A stretch of DNA of 64,000 nucleotides from the NCBI GenBank assembly GCA_045535375.1, contig JAZSLM010000039.1:9701-73700 (forward strand), in the 5' to 3' direction. Both the position numbers and the translations under genes were made by a program. How positions within the stretch are numbered: the stretch's first letter is position 1; every line of letters starts with the position of its first letter. This DNA comes from Eubacteriales bacterium. Lineage in GTDB: Bacteria; Bacillota; Clostridia; Oscillospirales; CAG-272. The notes beneath the pieces are model-generated. The model did no database searches, was not told where the DNA came from, and saw only the letters and a list, made by a program, of their open reading frames with translations. Shown one piece after another: positions 7,668-17,034 of the stretch.

Positions 7668-9260
7668 ATGAAAAAAGCATTAGCAATTCTCATTTTTGCC
7701 TCTATGATCATCGCGCTGTTCGTATTCCCAACAAGCGCGGCTTGGGACGGCACATCGACATCCGCTTCGCTTAAGGGCGAGGGTACACAGGAATCTCCTT
7801 ATCTCGTAGAAACCGCAGAGGATCTCGCATTCCTCGCAAAGTCGGTTAACGAAGGTAACTCCTACGAGGGCAAGTACATTATTCAGACTGCCGATATCGA
7901 CCTCGGCGGCAAGGAATGGACTCCCATCGGATTCCAGGATATAAACGACGCTAAGAACGATGGCAAGGCTGCAGCTCCCTTCTCGGGTGTTTACAGCGGT
8001 CTCGGTCACAAGGTTGTAGGCCTCAAGATCACAGAGGAAACCACCAACCATCTCGGACTCTTCGGCTACGTAATGTGCGGAGAGACTGAGACAGGTATCG
8101 CAAACCTCACCGTTGAGGGTGACATTACCATCGAAGGAGTTCTCGGTAAGAACTACGGCATCGGCGGTATCGTCGGTTCTCTTGGCAAGGATACATCCGT
8201 TTTCAACTCCAAGGTTTACCTTCTCAACTGCACCTCCAACGTTCCGGTCACCATCACGGTTTGCTACGGCGAGCCCAGAATCGGTTGTGCTGCAGGTTAC
8301 ATCTTCAATGGTACTGTTCAGAATTGTGTAGCTAACGGCAACGTAAGCGTATCCGGAACCACAACCTCCAGAATCGGTGGCTTTGTAGGTCAGACCAACC
8401 GTACTCAGTATCTTGACTGTGTTGTTAACGGCAACGTAACATCCGACCTTGAAAGCTCCAAGGTTACCGCAAGAGCGGGCGGCTTCGTAGGCGTTATCAC
8501 CCGTGGCGGTGCAGCAGGAGATGAGGCAGACGCACAGTATACCACTTTTGAAAACATTATTTCTAACGGTACCATCTTTGCAAAGAGCGGCAGCACCGTT
8601 ATGGCTGCGGGAATCGCTGCAGACTTCTACGTAAACGCAACCACTTGGCCCGGCAAGGACTGCAGAGTCAAGATGATCAACTGTATCAATAACGGTAACG
8701 TAACCGCAGAAAGCGTTGGCGACAGTGCTTATCCTCACGCGGGTGGTATCGCAGGATATCCCGGTAACGGTAACGCAGAGTTTGAATTCGTCGGTTGTGC
8801 AAACGCCGGTGAAGTTCAGAGTATTGGCGGTAAGGAAAACCGCGCAGGCGGACTTGTCGGAACTGTTTACGCAAAGGAAGTTGAGTATGTATTCGATCAG
8901 TGTATTTCGGTTGGCGAGATGGCATCCGGATGCTTCAGCATTGCAAATGCAGACACAGCTCTTATGACTTGTACTGCAAATGCAGACCCTGCGGCAATCA
9001 TGCTTGCAAACCTTACTGTAGAAGATATGATGAAGCCCTCCGAGCTTCTCATTGCAGGTTTCAATCCCGCTAAGGGTCTTGCAGAGCCCGAGCCCGAGGT
9101 TACCGAGCCTGAGGTTACCGAACCTGAGGTTACCGAGCCCGAAGTTACTACCAAGCCTGCTGATCCCGTTCCCACCGGTGATGCTTCCATCATCTTTATC
9201 GCAATCGCGATCATCTCCGTCTGCGGCGTAGCAATCGTTGCAAAGAGAAAAGAGAACTGA
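7668..9260 (+). CDS. secreted GLUG-motif repeat surface protein with C-terminal TM anchor
   Basis: Signal peptide MKKALAILIFASMIIALFVFPTSAAW. Repeated GLFGY / IGGIVG / IGGFVG / AGGFVG / AGGIAG / AGGLVG motifs. (EPEVT)x4 linker, then a hydrophobic helix and KRKEN tail. Confidence 0.7.
   Translation: MKKALAILIFASMIIALFVFPTSAAWDGTSTSASLKGEGTQESPYLVETAEDLAFLAKSVNEGNSYEGKYIIQTADIDLGGKEWTPIGFQDINDAKNDGKAAAPFSGVYSGLGHKVVGLKITEETTNHLGLFGYVMCGETETGIANLTVEGDITIEGVLGKNYGIGGIVGSLGKDTSVFNSKVYLLNCTSNVPVTITVCYGEPRIGCAAGYIFNGTVQNCVANGNVSVSGTTTSRIGGFVGQTNRTQYLDCVVNGNVTSDLESSKVTARAGGFVGVITRGGAAGDEADAQYTTFENIISNGTIFAKSGSTVMAAGIAADFYVNATTWPGKDCRVKMINCINNGNVTAESVGDSAYPHAGGIAGYPGNGNAEFEFVGCANAGEVQSIGGKENRAGGLVGTVYAKEVEYVFDQCISVGEMASGCFSIANADTALMTCTANADPAAIMLANLTVEDMMKPSELLIAGFNPAKGLAEPEPEVTEPEVTEPEVTEPEVTTKPADPVPTGDASIIFIAIAIISVCGVAIVAKRKEN
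9090..9149 (+). repeat. 4 x 15-bp in-frame tandem repeat (EPEVT) inside the GLUG protein gene
   Basis: gagcccgaggttacc / gagcctgaggttacc / gaacctgaggttacc / gagcccgaagttact. Confidence 0.9.
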
Positions 9261-9287
9261 TCACAGATCATAGATAAACATACAAAA

Positions 9288-9310
9288 GACCGCCTTCGGG
9301 CGGTCTTTGT
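9288..9310 (+). terminator. intrinsic terminator
   Basis: gaccgcc ttcg ggcggtc followed by tttgtt. Confidence 0.7.
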
Positions 9311-9317
9311 TATCATT

Positions 9318-9350
9318 AAAAAAGCACAGCCGAAAGGGTATCGGCTGTGC
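9318..9350 (-). terminator. intrinsic terminator of the HPr-like gene
   Basis: gcacagccga / tcggctgtgc stem. On the minus strand it is followed by TTTTTT. Confidence 0.7.
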
Positions 9351-9363
9351 TTTGTTTTATTCA

Positions 9364-9600
9364 TTAAATGATGAAGCTTGCGATCTCGGAGAAGAAAGGA
9401 TCGTTCTGGCTTGTGTGAGCGGTAAGCTCGAGCTCTTCTCTGAGGTCGAGGCAGAACATACCCATGATAGACTTGCCGTCTACGGTGTATCTGCCGGACT
9501 TGAGTTCGATATCAAAGTCGTACTTGCCTGCAACAGCTACGAAATTGTAGAGATCTGCGATCGTTACAAGGCGGATTTTTACTGTGGTGATGGTTTCCAT
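9364..9600 (-). CDS. HPr-like small protein (PTS HPr-related fold)
   Basis: 78 aa starting METITTVKIRL after GGAGG. GKSIMGM segment resembles the HPr Ser46 region. No His at the position of the HPr phosphorylation site. Confidence 0.5.
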   Translation of the reverse strand: METITTVKIRLVTIADLYNFVAVAGKYDFDIELKSGRYTVDGKSIMGMFCLDLREELELTAHTSQNDPFFSEIASFII

Positions 9601-9848
9601 ATTTAATACCTCCGTGGGATTTGATTTACTATAATTATTGTACCATTTATGGAACAAAAAGTCAATAAGATTTTTGTTAATTCGGACGAAAAAATAGCCA
9701 TATTTAGGGTAAATTAAAATTACAATTTTGAGAGTTTCCTGAACGCTCGATATAACTGTAATGATTACGTTAGAAAAGCATCGAACTTAAATAAAAATCA
9801 AACGGATTTTGTTAGAAATAAATAAAACTAAAAAGCCAAATTTGGGTA

Positions 9849-9877
9849 TTGCAAAATCGGAGAAAATGTAGTATAAT
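9849..9877 (+). promoter_or_regulatory. sigma-A type promoter
   Basis: TTGCAA (9849-9854), 17 nt, TATAAT (9872-9877). Confidence 0.6.
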
Positions 9878-9912
9878 ATATACATTAGGAATAATATTAC
9901 AAGGATAATAAT

Positions 9913-12027
9913 ATGGCAGTAAAAAAGACTGAAACAAAAACCAAGAAAAGTGCCTCCGCAGAGCCTGAAAAAAAGGCAAAAGCGGCGGTAAAAAAAGCAC
10001 CTCCTGCGGTTAAGAAAGCACCGTCTTCGGACGATCCCGCGGCTTATAACAACGACAGTATAACCCTTCTAAAGGGTGCTGACCGAGTCAGAAAGCGCCC
10101 CAGCGTTATTTTCGGTTCAGACAATATTGAAGGCTGTAAGCATTGCTTTTTCGAGATCCTGGCAAACGCGATAGACGAGTCGAATGCCGGTTACGGACGC
10201 GAGATCAGAGTTTCCGCATACAACGATCACTCTATGAAGGTCGAGGATTTCGGCAGAGGTGTTCCTCTCGGATTCAACGAAAAAGAGGGAAGATACAACT
10301 GGGAGCTCGTTTTCTGCGAGCTTTTCGCGGGCGGTAAAATGGACAACAACACCGACGAGGCGGTATATAAATCCTCGCTTGGAACCAACGGTCTGGGTGC
10401 CTGCGCAACGCAGTATGCATCCTCATTTATGACCGTCGATTCCTTTGACGGAAAGTTTGTCAGCTCCATCAGATTTGAAAAAGGCGAGCCCGTAACCGAG
10501 CTTGAACGCTTCGAGTTGGCACCCTCCGACAGAAGAACGGGTACGGTGATTCATTGGCGCCCCGACCTCGAGGTCTTCACAGATATCAACATCCCTCCCG
10601 AATATTTCAAGGAAGTCCTCCACCGCCAGGCGGCGATAAACTACGGTGTCAAGTTCCTTCTTGAGATCGAAAACGACGACGGAAAATTCGAGAATTTTGA
10701 ATATTTTTATTCCGCTGAGGACGGACTTCGCGAGTATCTTTGCGAGCTCGCGGAGAACAAATTCCTGACCGAGCCGGTATTCTGGCAGTCGAAAACGCGC
10801 GGTAAGGACCGCGGCGACCGTCAGGAATATCCGCTTGAAGCCGACTATGTTTTCTGCTTCACGCAGGCACTCGGCGTTCAGGAATATTACCACAACTCGA
10901 GCTATCTTGAGCACGGAGGCTCGCCCGACAAGGCAGTCCGCGCGGCCTTCGTAAGCGCGATCGATAAGTATCTGCGTGACTCGGGAAAGTACAACAAGAA
11001 CGAAACGAAGGTGAATTTCACCGATATTGCCGACAGCCTTGTGCTCGTTATCTCGAGCCATTCGACCGTCGCGTCCTATGAGAATCAGACCAAGAAAGCG
11101 ATCACCAACTCCTTCATTCAGGAGTCGATGACAGACGTTCTCAAGGAAAATCTCGCTACGTATTTTACCGAAAAACCGCAGGAAGCAGAGAAGATCGCGG
11201 CACAAGTACTTCTCAATAAGCGAAGCCGCGAGAGTGCGGAGAAGAGCAGAATTGATATAAAGAAGAAACTGACGGCAACGATGGACGTTTCCTACCGCGT
11301 TGAGAAATTCGTCGGCTGCCGTTCGAAAGATCCCTCGATCCGCGAGCTTTATATCGTTGAGGGTGATTCCGCGCTGACTTCCTGTAAACTCGCCCGCGAG
11401 GCAGAGTTCCAGGCGATCATTCCCGTCCGCGGAAAGACGCTCAACTGTATGAAGAGCGACTACAAGCAGATATTTGCAAGCGAGATCATCGTTGACCTCC
11501 TCCGCGTGATCGGCTGCGGAGTTGAGCTTGATTCAAAGGCGAAGAAGCACAGCGATATGAGTGATTTTGATCTTTCAGCGCTCCGCTGGTCGAAGATCAT
11601 AATCTGTACCGATGCCGACGAGGACGGATTCCAGATCAGAACCCTGCTTCTGACAATGTTCTACCGTCTCCTTCCCACCCTTATCGAGGAGGGCAAGATC
11701 TTCATCGCCGAAACTCCTCTTTACGAGATAACGACGAAGGATGATACCTATTTCGCATACGACGAAAAGGAAAAGACGGAGATCCTCAAAAAGATCGGCG
11801 ACAAGAAATACACTCTTCAGCGTTCGAAGGGACTTGGTGAGAATGAAGCTGATATGATGTCGCGCACCACCATGAAACCCGCAACGCGCAGACTTATCGC
11901 AGTCAAACCCGCGGACGCGGCGGCGACCGAGGAGATATTCGACGTGCTTCTCGGCAACAACCTTGCGGGAAGAAAGACCTTTATCGCGGAACACGCGGGA
12001 GAATATATGAAAGACGTTGACGTCTGA
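9913..12027 (+). CDS. type IIA DNA topoisomerase subunit B (ParE/GyrB-like) with basic N-terminal tail
   Basis: GHKL ATPase motifs EILANAIDES, GRGVPLG, GTNGLGAC; QTK loop NQTKKA; Toprim EGDSA, PVRGKTLN, DADEDGFQI. It lies far from any dnaA/recF context. Confidence 0.85.
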   Translation: MAVKKTETKTKKSASAEPEKKAKAAVKKAPPAVKKAPSSDDPAAYNNDSITLLKGADRVRKRPSVIFGSDNIEGCKHCFFEILANAIDESNAGYGREIRVSAYNDHSMKVEDFGRGVPLGFNEKEGRYNWELVFCELFAGGKMDNNTDEAVYKSSLGTNGLGACATQYASSFMTVDSFDGKFVSSIRFEKGEPVTELERFELAPSDRRTGTVIHWRPDLEVFTDINIPPEYFKEVLHRQAAINYGVKFLLEIENDDGKFENFEYFYSAEDGLREYLCELAENKFLTEPVFWQSKTRGKDRGDRQEYPLEADYVFCFTQALGVQEYYHNSSYLEHGGSPDKAVRAAFVSAIDKYLRDSGKYNKNETKVNFTDIADSLVLVISSHSTVASYENQTKKAITNSFIQESMTDVLKENLATYFTEKPQEAEKIAAQVLLNKRSRESAEKSRIDIKKKLTATMDVSYRVEKFVGCRSKDPSIRELYIVEGDSALTSCKLAREAEFQAIIPVRGKTLNCMKSDYKQIFASEIIVDLLRVIGCGVELDSKAKKHSDMSDFDLSALRWSKIIICTDADEDGFQIRTLLLTMFYRLLPTLIEEGKIFIAETPLYEITTKDDTYFAYDEKEKTEILKKIGDKKYTLQRSKGLGENEADMMSRTTMKPATRRLIAVKPADAAATEEIFDVLLGNNLAGRKTFIAEHAGEYMKDVDV

Positions 12028-12041
12028 TGAAAGGAAATCTT

Positions 12042-13763
12042 ATGAAAAAATCAATTATGCTTGCGGCATTGCTTCTCGTGTTTATCATGCTTGTGCCTGC
12101 AATGATCGCCTGTGACGGCGGAGAAGCGGAAACCACTCTGCCCGAAGCCACCGAAACTGTCCCCGAAGAGACCGAAGCACCCGCGCCGGCTTCAGTTAAG
12201 CTTACCCAAGGCAATAAGGCTCTTTACACCATAGTTCGTCCCGATGAAGCTGAAAAGGCGGTTTTTGATCTTTCAAAGAATATTGCGGAAGATCTCAAAA
12301 CCGCAACCGGACTTGATTTCAAGCAGACCACCGACTTTATCGGTTGGAATACGGTTCGCGATCCCGAAGCATACGAGATACTCCTCGGCTTCACCAACTA
12401 CGATGAGACCGCAGCGGTTATGAAGGACCTCAAATACTTCGACTATGCCGTTGTTGTCCGCGGACACAAGATCATTATCACCGCGTATACCGATGCAAGC
12501 CTTAAAAAGGCGGTTACATTTTTCCGAAACAACATGATACCCCTTATCGCGAAGGGCGATGACGGCGATTATGCCTTTACTTCATTTACTGACGAGATCT
12601 ACCGCGGAAAATACAATATCGATAGCGTTACCCTCGACGGTAATCCTCTTCAGAACTACACTGTAGTTTACGGCAAGGGTACCCCCGCGGGTGAGGCGGC
12701 GGCACAGAAGGTCGTTGACGTTCTTGCAAGCGCAACCGGTATTTATCTTCCTATGATGAGCGATAAGGAAGCCGAGGGAGAATTTGAAATCCTCGTCGGC
12801 AAGACCAACCGTGCGGCAAGCGCGGGCTCGGAGGTCGTTCCCAATCTTTCCTACAACGTGTCTCTCCAATCGGGTAAGCTCGTATTTGATTGCCGTAGCC
12901 TTCAGACTGCAGAGGCGGCTGTAAGAAAGCTTTATGCCGCAAAGATGTCCTCCGGCACGAATATCGCTCTTACTTCGGGCGAGCTTTGCTCCGGAACGCT
13001 TCTTACAGAAACTGAGTTCCCGATGACCGCGGGAAGCGACCTTCGTATCGTTACTTACAACGTCCTCACCGAAAAGTGGGGCGGAACCGAAACCTCGGCA
13101 CGTTCCGAAGTATTCGGCGCATTCCTTGACGTTTACAAACCCGACATTGTCGGAGTTCAGGAGCTTTGCGAGCAGTGGAGAAAGTATCTACCCGAACATC
13201 TCGGCGACTATAAGCTGATCGGCACGGTCCGCGAGGATAAAGGCTTCAGCTACTCCGCTATCGTTTATAATGCCGCAAAATACGAGGTTCTCGCGCAGGG
13301 ATGTGAAACCTATTCCTACCATGCAAGTGCCGAGTGCAGAAATATGTCCTGGGCGGTATTCATGGATCCCAAGACCGGCGTGAAGTTCGCATTCATCTCG
13401 ACCCACTGGGATTTCGGTGATGAGGATAATAAACAGCAGATGCGTAAGGTCCAGGCAGATGAAATGACCAGGAAGATCGAGTCTCTCAAGACTGAATACA
13501 ACTGTCCCGTTATCATCACCGGCGACTTCAACTGCAACAATACTTCGAATTCCTACAAGTACTTTATGAGCATCAACGGCATGGTCAATGCGCTTACAAG
13601 CTCCGAGTATTACTATAACGCAAAGGGAACGTCCTCGATCGACTTCGTAATGATCACCAAGGAACACGGAACTTTCAAGGGCTACCGTAAGCTCCTCGAA
13701 AACGGCCTCGAGACCCTTTCCGACCACAAGGCAAACCTTGCCGATATAGATCTGCTTCCTTAA
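12042..13763 (+). CDS. lipoprotein with C-terminal endonuclease/exonuclease/phosphatase (EEP) domain
   Basis: Lipobox PAMIAC. The C-terminal part has LRIVTYNV, GVQE, ITGDFN and SDHKA motifs of the EEP fold. The N-terminal half has two similar ~100-aa modules ending EILLGFTNY / EILVGKTNR. Confidence 0.7.
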   Translation: MKKSIMLAALLLVFIMLVPAMIACDGGEAETTLPEATETVPEETEAPAPASVKLTQGNKALYTIVRPDEAEKAVFDLSKNIAEDLKTATGLDFKQTTDFIGWNTVRDPEAYEILLGFTNYDETAAVMKDLKYFDYAVVVRGHKIIITAYTDASLKKAVTFFRNNMIPLIAKGDDGDYAFTSFTDEIYRGKYNIDSVTLDGNPLQNYTVVYGKGTPAGEAAAQKVVDVLASATGIYLPMMSDKEAEGEFEILVGKTNRAASAGSEVVPNLSYNVSLQSGKLVFDCRSLQTAEAAVRKLYAAKMSSGTNIALTSGELCSGTLLTETEFPMTAGSDLRIVTYNVLTEKWGGTETSARSEVFGAFLDVYKPDIVGVQELCEQWRKYLPEHLGDYKLIGTVREDKGFSYSAIVYNAAKYEVLAQGCETYSYHASAECRNMSWAVFMDPKTGVKFAFISTHWDFGDEDNKQQMRKVQADEMTRKIESLKTEYNCPVIITGDFNCNNTSNSYKYFMSINGMVNALTSSEYYYNAKGTSSIDFVMITKEHGTFKGYRKLLENGLETLSDHKANLADIDLLP

Positions 13764-13778
13764 AGCACAATATAAAAA

Positions 13779-13815
13779 ACAATGCATCCGCTTTCGCGGA
13801 TGCATTGTTTTTTTA
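13779..13815. terminator. bidirectional terminator between convergent genes
   Basis: 14-bp stem aacaatgcatccgc / gcggatgcattgtt flanked by an A-run and a T-run. Confidence 0.8.
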
Positions 13816-13824
13816 TGATTGGTA

Positions 13825-16800
13825 TCAGAATGCAAGTTCTGCTACGCCGACCAGAATGATCTGGGAGCGGTATTTGTTAGCTTCTTCATCAAGATAAACT
13901 CTGATCTTGATCTCAATGTACTTGTCTTCTTCACCAATGCCGCTTTCAGGATCGGATACCTGATAGATACGGTAACCGTAGGATCCTTCTGCGTCGATGT
14001 CGAATGCGGTGAACTGAACTGATCCGTCTTCTGTTTCTACCATTTCGAGAAGCTCGCCGTCCTTGCTGGTGAGAGCGAAGGTGGAGGGAACGTTGATAGC
14101 AGCGCCGCCTTCGGTGGAGCCGATGCCGGTGTTACCGAGTTCGGTATTGATATCGGTGTTGATATCGGTGGAAATGCTGGGCTTGACTGCAACCTTAGGC
14201 ATGGTGACCTTTGCGGGTTTTGCGGCCATAAGCACGGGAGGAGCGGAAACGGGCTTCTTGATAAGTTTGGTGATATCCACTTTCTCAAAGAAGTCTTCAG
14301 CCATCTCAGAAGCACCGGTGTTGGGATCGGTCAGGTTAAAGAGGACCTTTGCTTCGCCGCCTGCAAGGAAGTTCATGAAGCTGTGTCCAAGCTGAATAGT
14401 GGAGGTACCCGTGTAGCCTGCGACCTGAATGTAGGGAGAAGCGTTCTGATAGCTGGTGCTTTCACTGCAGAGAGCGTAGCAGGTGTAACCTGCGTCCTTC
14501 ATAGCATTGTAAGCGACCCAAGCCTCGTACTGAGCGCGTTCGTAGTTGAGAGCGTTCTGGGGATTGGATTCGGAGCCGATAGCAGCAAGACCGGAGTTGG
14601 TAAGATCCTTGAGGATCCAACCGAAGCGGCTGGAAGCAAGACCGAGAGCTTTGGCATCATCGGTGTTGTTGGTGAAGAAGCCGTTTTCGCCTACGTACCA
14701 ACCGGAATTGGTGGGATCGTAAGCATCGGTGAAGCTATATGCGTACTGATCGCTATCTGCCTCGACCCACTTGCATACGTCTGCCCAGTAAGCTTCGAAA
14801 TCGTTGTTGTAACGGGCAGGGATCATGTACAGGGAGGTGTGACCGCCGCGCTGAGACTGCCAGAGGTAGTGACCCCAGTAGTAGTAGGTGCTACCCTTGA
14901 GATCAACCTTGTTGATGATGGTGGTGGGAACGCCGTTCGCGTTATCGAAATTGTAGGTACGTCCGGTAGCGATAACGTAGAAGAACTTGTGCTCCTTGGG
15001 AACGGATTCATCAGCATCAAGCATAGCCTTGGCTGCCATGATGTTACCGTGAAGGTTGGTGGGGCCTGCAGGCATATTGATGATGGTGTTAAGACCGTTG
15101 GTGATAACTGCTTCATAGTTGTCTGCGGTCATGGGAGTAAGCTCCATAGCTACGTCATCGTAGTGTTCAACTGCGATAAGACCGAGCTTAACGGTGATAC
15201 CCTCATCGATAAGGGGCTTTACGAGAGAAACTATGGAATCGTAGGTGTTCTGCTTGTTTGCGATACCTGCACCGAGAGCGATGACGATATCAACGTCTTC
15301 GTATGCGGTAACTTCATACTCAACCTTAGGAATGGGGAAGATCTCGGGTTCAAGTTCGTTACCTTCGCTATCCTTGGGATACAGAGTTGCGGAAATGTTG
15401 GTATCGGGAGTAAAGATGCCTTCCCATTCAGCTTTTTCGGTGAGAAGGAGCTTGTAAGTGAGAGATGCGGGATTGTATCTGGAAACATTTTCGCCGAAGG
15501 TCCAAATGAACTTTTCGGTGGTTTTACCGTTTCCGTATGTGTAATCAAACCAGAAAGTGGGCTCGGTGGCTCCGGGAGCAGTGAAGGCGAGGGAGAAGTC
15601 AAATCCTGCCTTTGCATCGATCTGGGTCGTGGTGTATTCAACACCGCCAACAGTCATGGTAACGTACTCGGGATTCTGAATGAACTCGAAGTTATCCTTT
15701 CTGTTTTTTGCATCGTAACCGATGTAGTCTTCAACATAGGAGCCTACAGAGCAGTAGTAGAGGATCTTATTCTTGATAGGATCAAAGAAAGTCTTGTCTC
15801 CCTGGGTATCATACTTGATAGCCTTGCCTTCGCCCCCTGCAAGCATATCAACGAAGCTGTGACCGATGTACTGGTTGGTCCAGGAAACTCCGTAACTGGA
15901 AGGAGACCAGTTGCCGTTTGTGTAGTTTACATTAAGTGCGTTGTAGATGGGGTAGAAGTTGATGCCTGCACCGGTGATGTTTTCCTTGGTGTACTCATAT
16001 GCCTCCCACATTGCGCGCTCGTAGCCGATTGCATGAGCTGCGTTTGCATTAGTAAGGGGATTTGCACCGGCGGTAAGGGTAACATAATCATTAATGTTCT
16101 GTACCTGAGAAGCAGGAACAGCCTTGCCGTAACCGGTCTGGCTATAGCCGCTAACTAACTCACCGGAATTGTACCAATTAATAAAGTTACCGGATTCGAT
16201 AGTGCAAGCATCGTAAACTACTTTGTCGCCGGCAGCAATATCTTGCTTTGCCCACTGGTCAATATAGGACCAGTAGAAGTCCCAAAGAGAGACGGTCTTG
16301 GATGTTTTATTGTATGCATCTACGATTGCCTTAGGAATAGGATAGGTATTGGTCTGGTTGGTACGTGCACGCTGCCAAGCCTTGTTCCAGTAGAAGAGTC
16401 TGTTGACACCTGTATAGTTTACGGGAACGGTTGCTGCATTTTCATTGTTTTCACCGCTGTTGAAGAAGTAGGTGAAACCGGAGGAGATCATAACAAGGTG
16501 CTGACGCTCGGGATGATCTGCAAGCTCGGATTCACTGAACATCTTTTTGCACTTGATAAGTGCGTTTTCCATATTAACGCCGTCGTAGACCGTTTCGCAG
16601 GTAGCAAGGGCATCTGCGATCATGGTGGGGAGCGCGTCAATATTCTCTTCGTCGATCTTAGTCAAAGGCATAGCTACCACGTTGTCGGAAGAGAAGGGAA
16701 CCATGCCGAAGTTGACATGGGTACCGATATCAACCATTTCTGCAATGGTTTCTACAAGGCTGCTGATCAGAACGTCTCCTTCAATGTTAGGGGAGCCGTC

Positions 16801-17034
16801 AGAATTGGTAGCATAGCTGCCGACGATGTAGATGATGTCGGAACCAAGTACTTCTGCGTCGCCGGGGACAGAGAGGGTTACATTGGTGCAATCGTTTTCG
16901 TCCAAACCATCGTTGGTCTTGTTGATGGTAGGAGTGATTGCGGCTTCGGAGGTATCCGCAGCGCTTACAGCAAGCGGGCAAAAAATGCTGATAAGCATGC
17001 AGAACACCAGAAGCAATGAGAGTGTTTTTTTCAT
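13825..17034 (-). CDS. large secreted two-module protein (VWA-like modules) with C-terminal pilin-isopeptide-domain-like end; function unknown
   Basis: Signal peptide MKKTLSLLLVFCMLISIFCPLAVSAAD. Two internally homologous modules (..AIGYERAMWEAY..GHSFVDMLAGGEGKA.. and ..ALNYERAQYEAW..GHSFMNFLAGGEAKV..). The C-terminus STFALTSKDGELLEMVETEDGSVQFTAFDIDAEGSYGYRIYQV resembles Spy0128/FctA-type pilin domains. Confidence 0.6.
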   Translation of the reverse strand: MKKTLSLLLVFCMLISIFCPLAVSAADTSEAAITPTINKTNDGLDENDCTNVTLSVPGDAEVLGSDIIYIVGSYATNSDGSPNIEGDVLISSLVETIAEMVDIGTHVNFGMVPFSSDNVVAMPLTKIDEENIDALPTMIADALATCETVYDGVNMENALIKCKKMFSESELADHPERQHLVMISSGFTYFFNSGENNENAATVPVNYTGVNRLFYWNKAWQRARTNQTNTYPIPKAIVDAYNKTSKTVSLWDFYWSYIDQWAKQDIAAGDKVVYDACTIESGNFINWYNSGELVSGYSQTGYGKAVPASQVQNINDYVTLTAGANPLTNANAAHAIGYERAMWEAYEYTKENITGAGINFYPIYNALNVNYTNGNWSPSSYGVSWTNQYIGHSFVDMLAGGEGKAIKYDTQGDKTFFDPIKNKILYYCSVGSYVEDYIGYDAKNRKDNFEFIQNPEYVTMTVGGVEYTTTQIDAKAGFDFSLAFTAPGATEPTFWFDYTYGNGKTTEKFIWTFGENVSRYNPASLTYKLLLTEKAEWEGIFTPDTNISATLYPKDSEGNELEPEIFPIPKVEYEVTAYEDVDIVIALGAGIANKQNTYDSIVSLVKPLIDEGITVKLGLIAVEHYDDVAMELTPMTADNYEAVITNGLNTIINMPAGPTNLHGNIMAAKAMLDADESVPKEHKFFYVIATGRTYNFDNANGVPTTIINKVDLKGSTYYYWGHYLWQSQRGGHTSLYMIPARYNNDFEAYWADVCKWVEADSDQYAYSFTDAYDPTNSGWYVGENGFFTNNTDDAKALGLASSRFGWILKDLTNSGLAAIGSESNPQNALNYERAQYEAWVAYNAMKDAGYTCYALCSESTSYQNASPYIQVAGYTGTSTIQLGHSFMNFLAGGEAKVLFNLTDPNTGASEMAEDFFEKVDITKLIKKPVSAPPVLMAAKPAKVTMPKVAVKPSISTDINTDINTELGNTGIGSTEGGAAINVPSTFALTSKDGELLEMVETEDGSVQFTAFDIDAEGSYGYRIYQVSDPESGIGEEDKYIEIKIRVYLDEEANKYRSQIILVGVAELAF

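Noticed and set aside
9090-9149. The 15-bp x4 tandem repeat as an independent non-coding repeat element.
   Set aside because: It is in frame within the GLUG protein gene and encodes an EPEVT stalk. It is treated as a coding low-complexity linker.
14383-16158. 591-aa ORF on the + strand, plus other long antisense ORFs in the track: 16243-17019, 21676-22695, 30364-31776, 42804-44204, 48207-49364, 56989-59598.
   Set aside because: Each lies exactly opposite a gene with clear family motifs (secA, dnaE, M18 peptidase, sulfatase, TIM barrels, the 1069-aa secreted protein). They have no SD and a skewed composition rich in V/G/R/A. This is typical of shadow ORFs in moderately GC-rich coding DNA.
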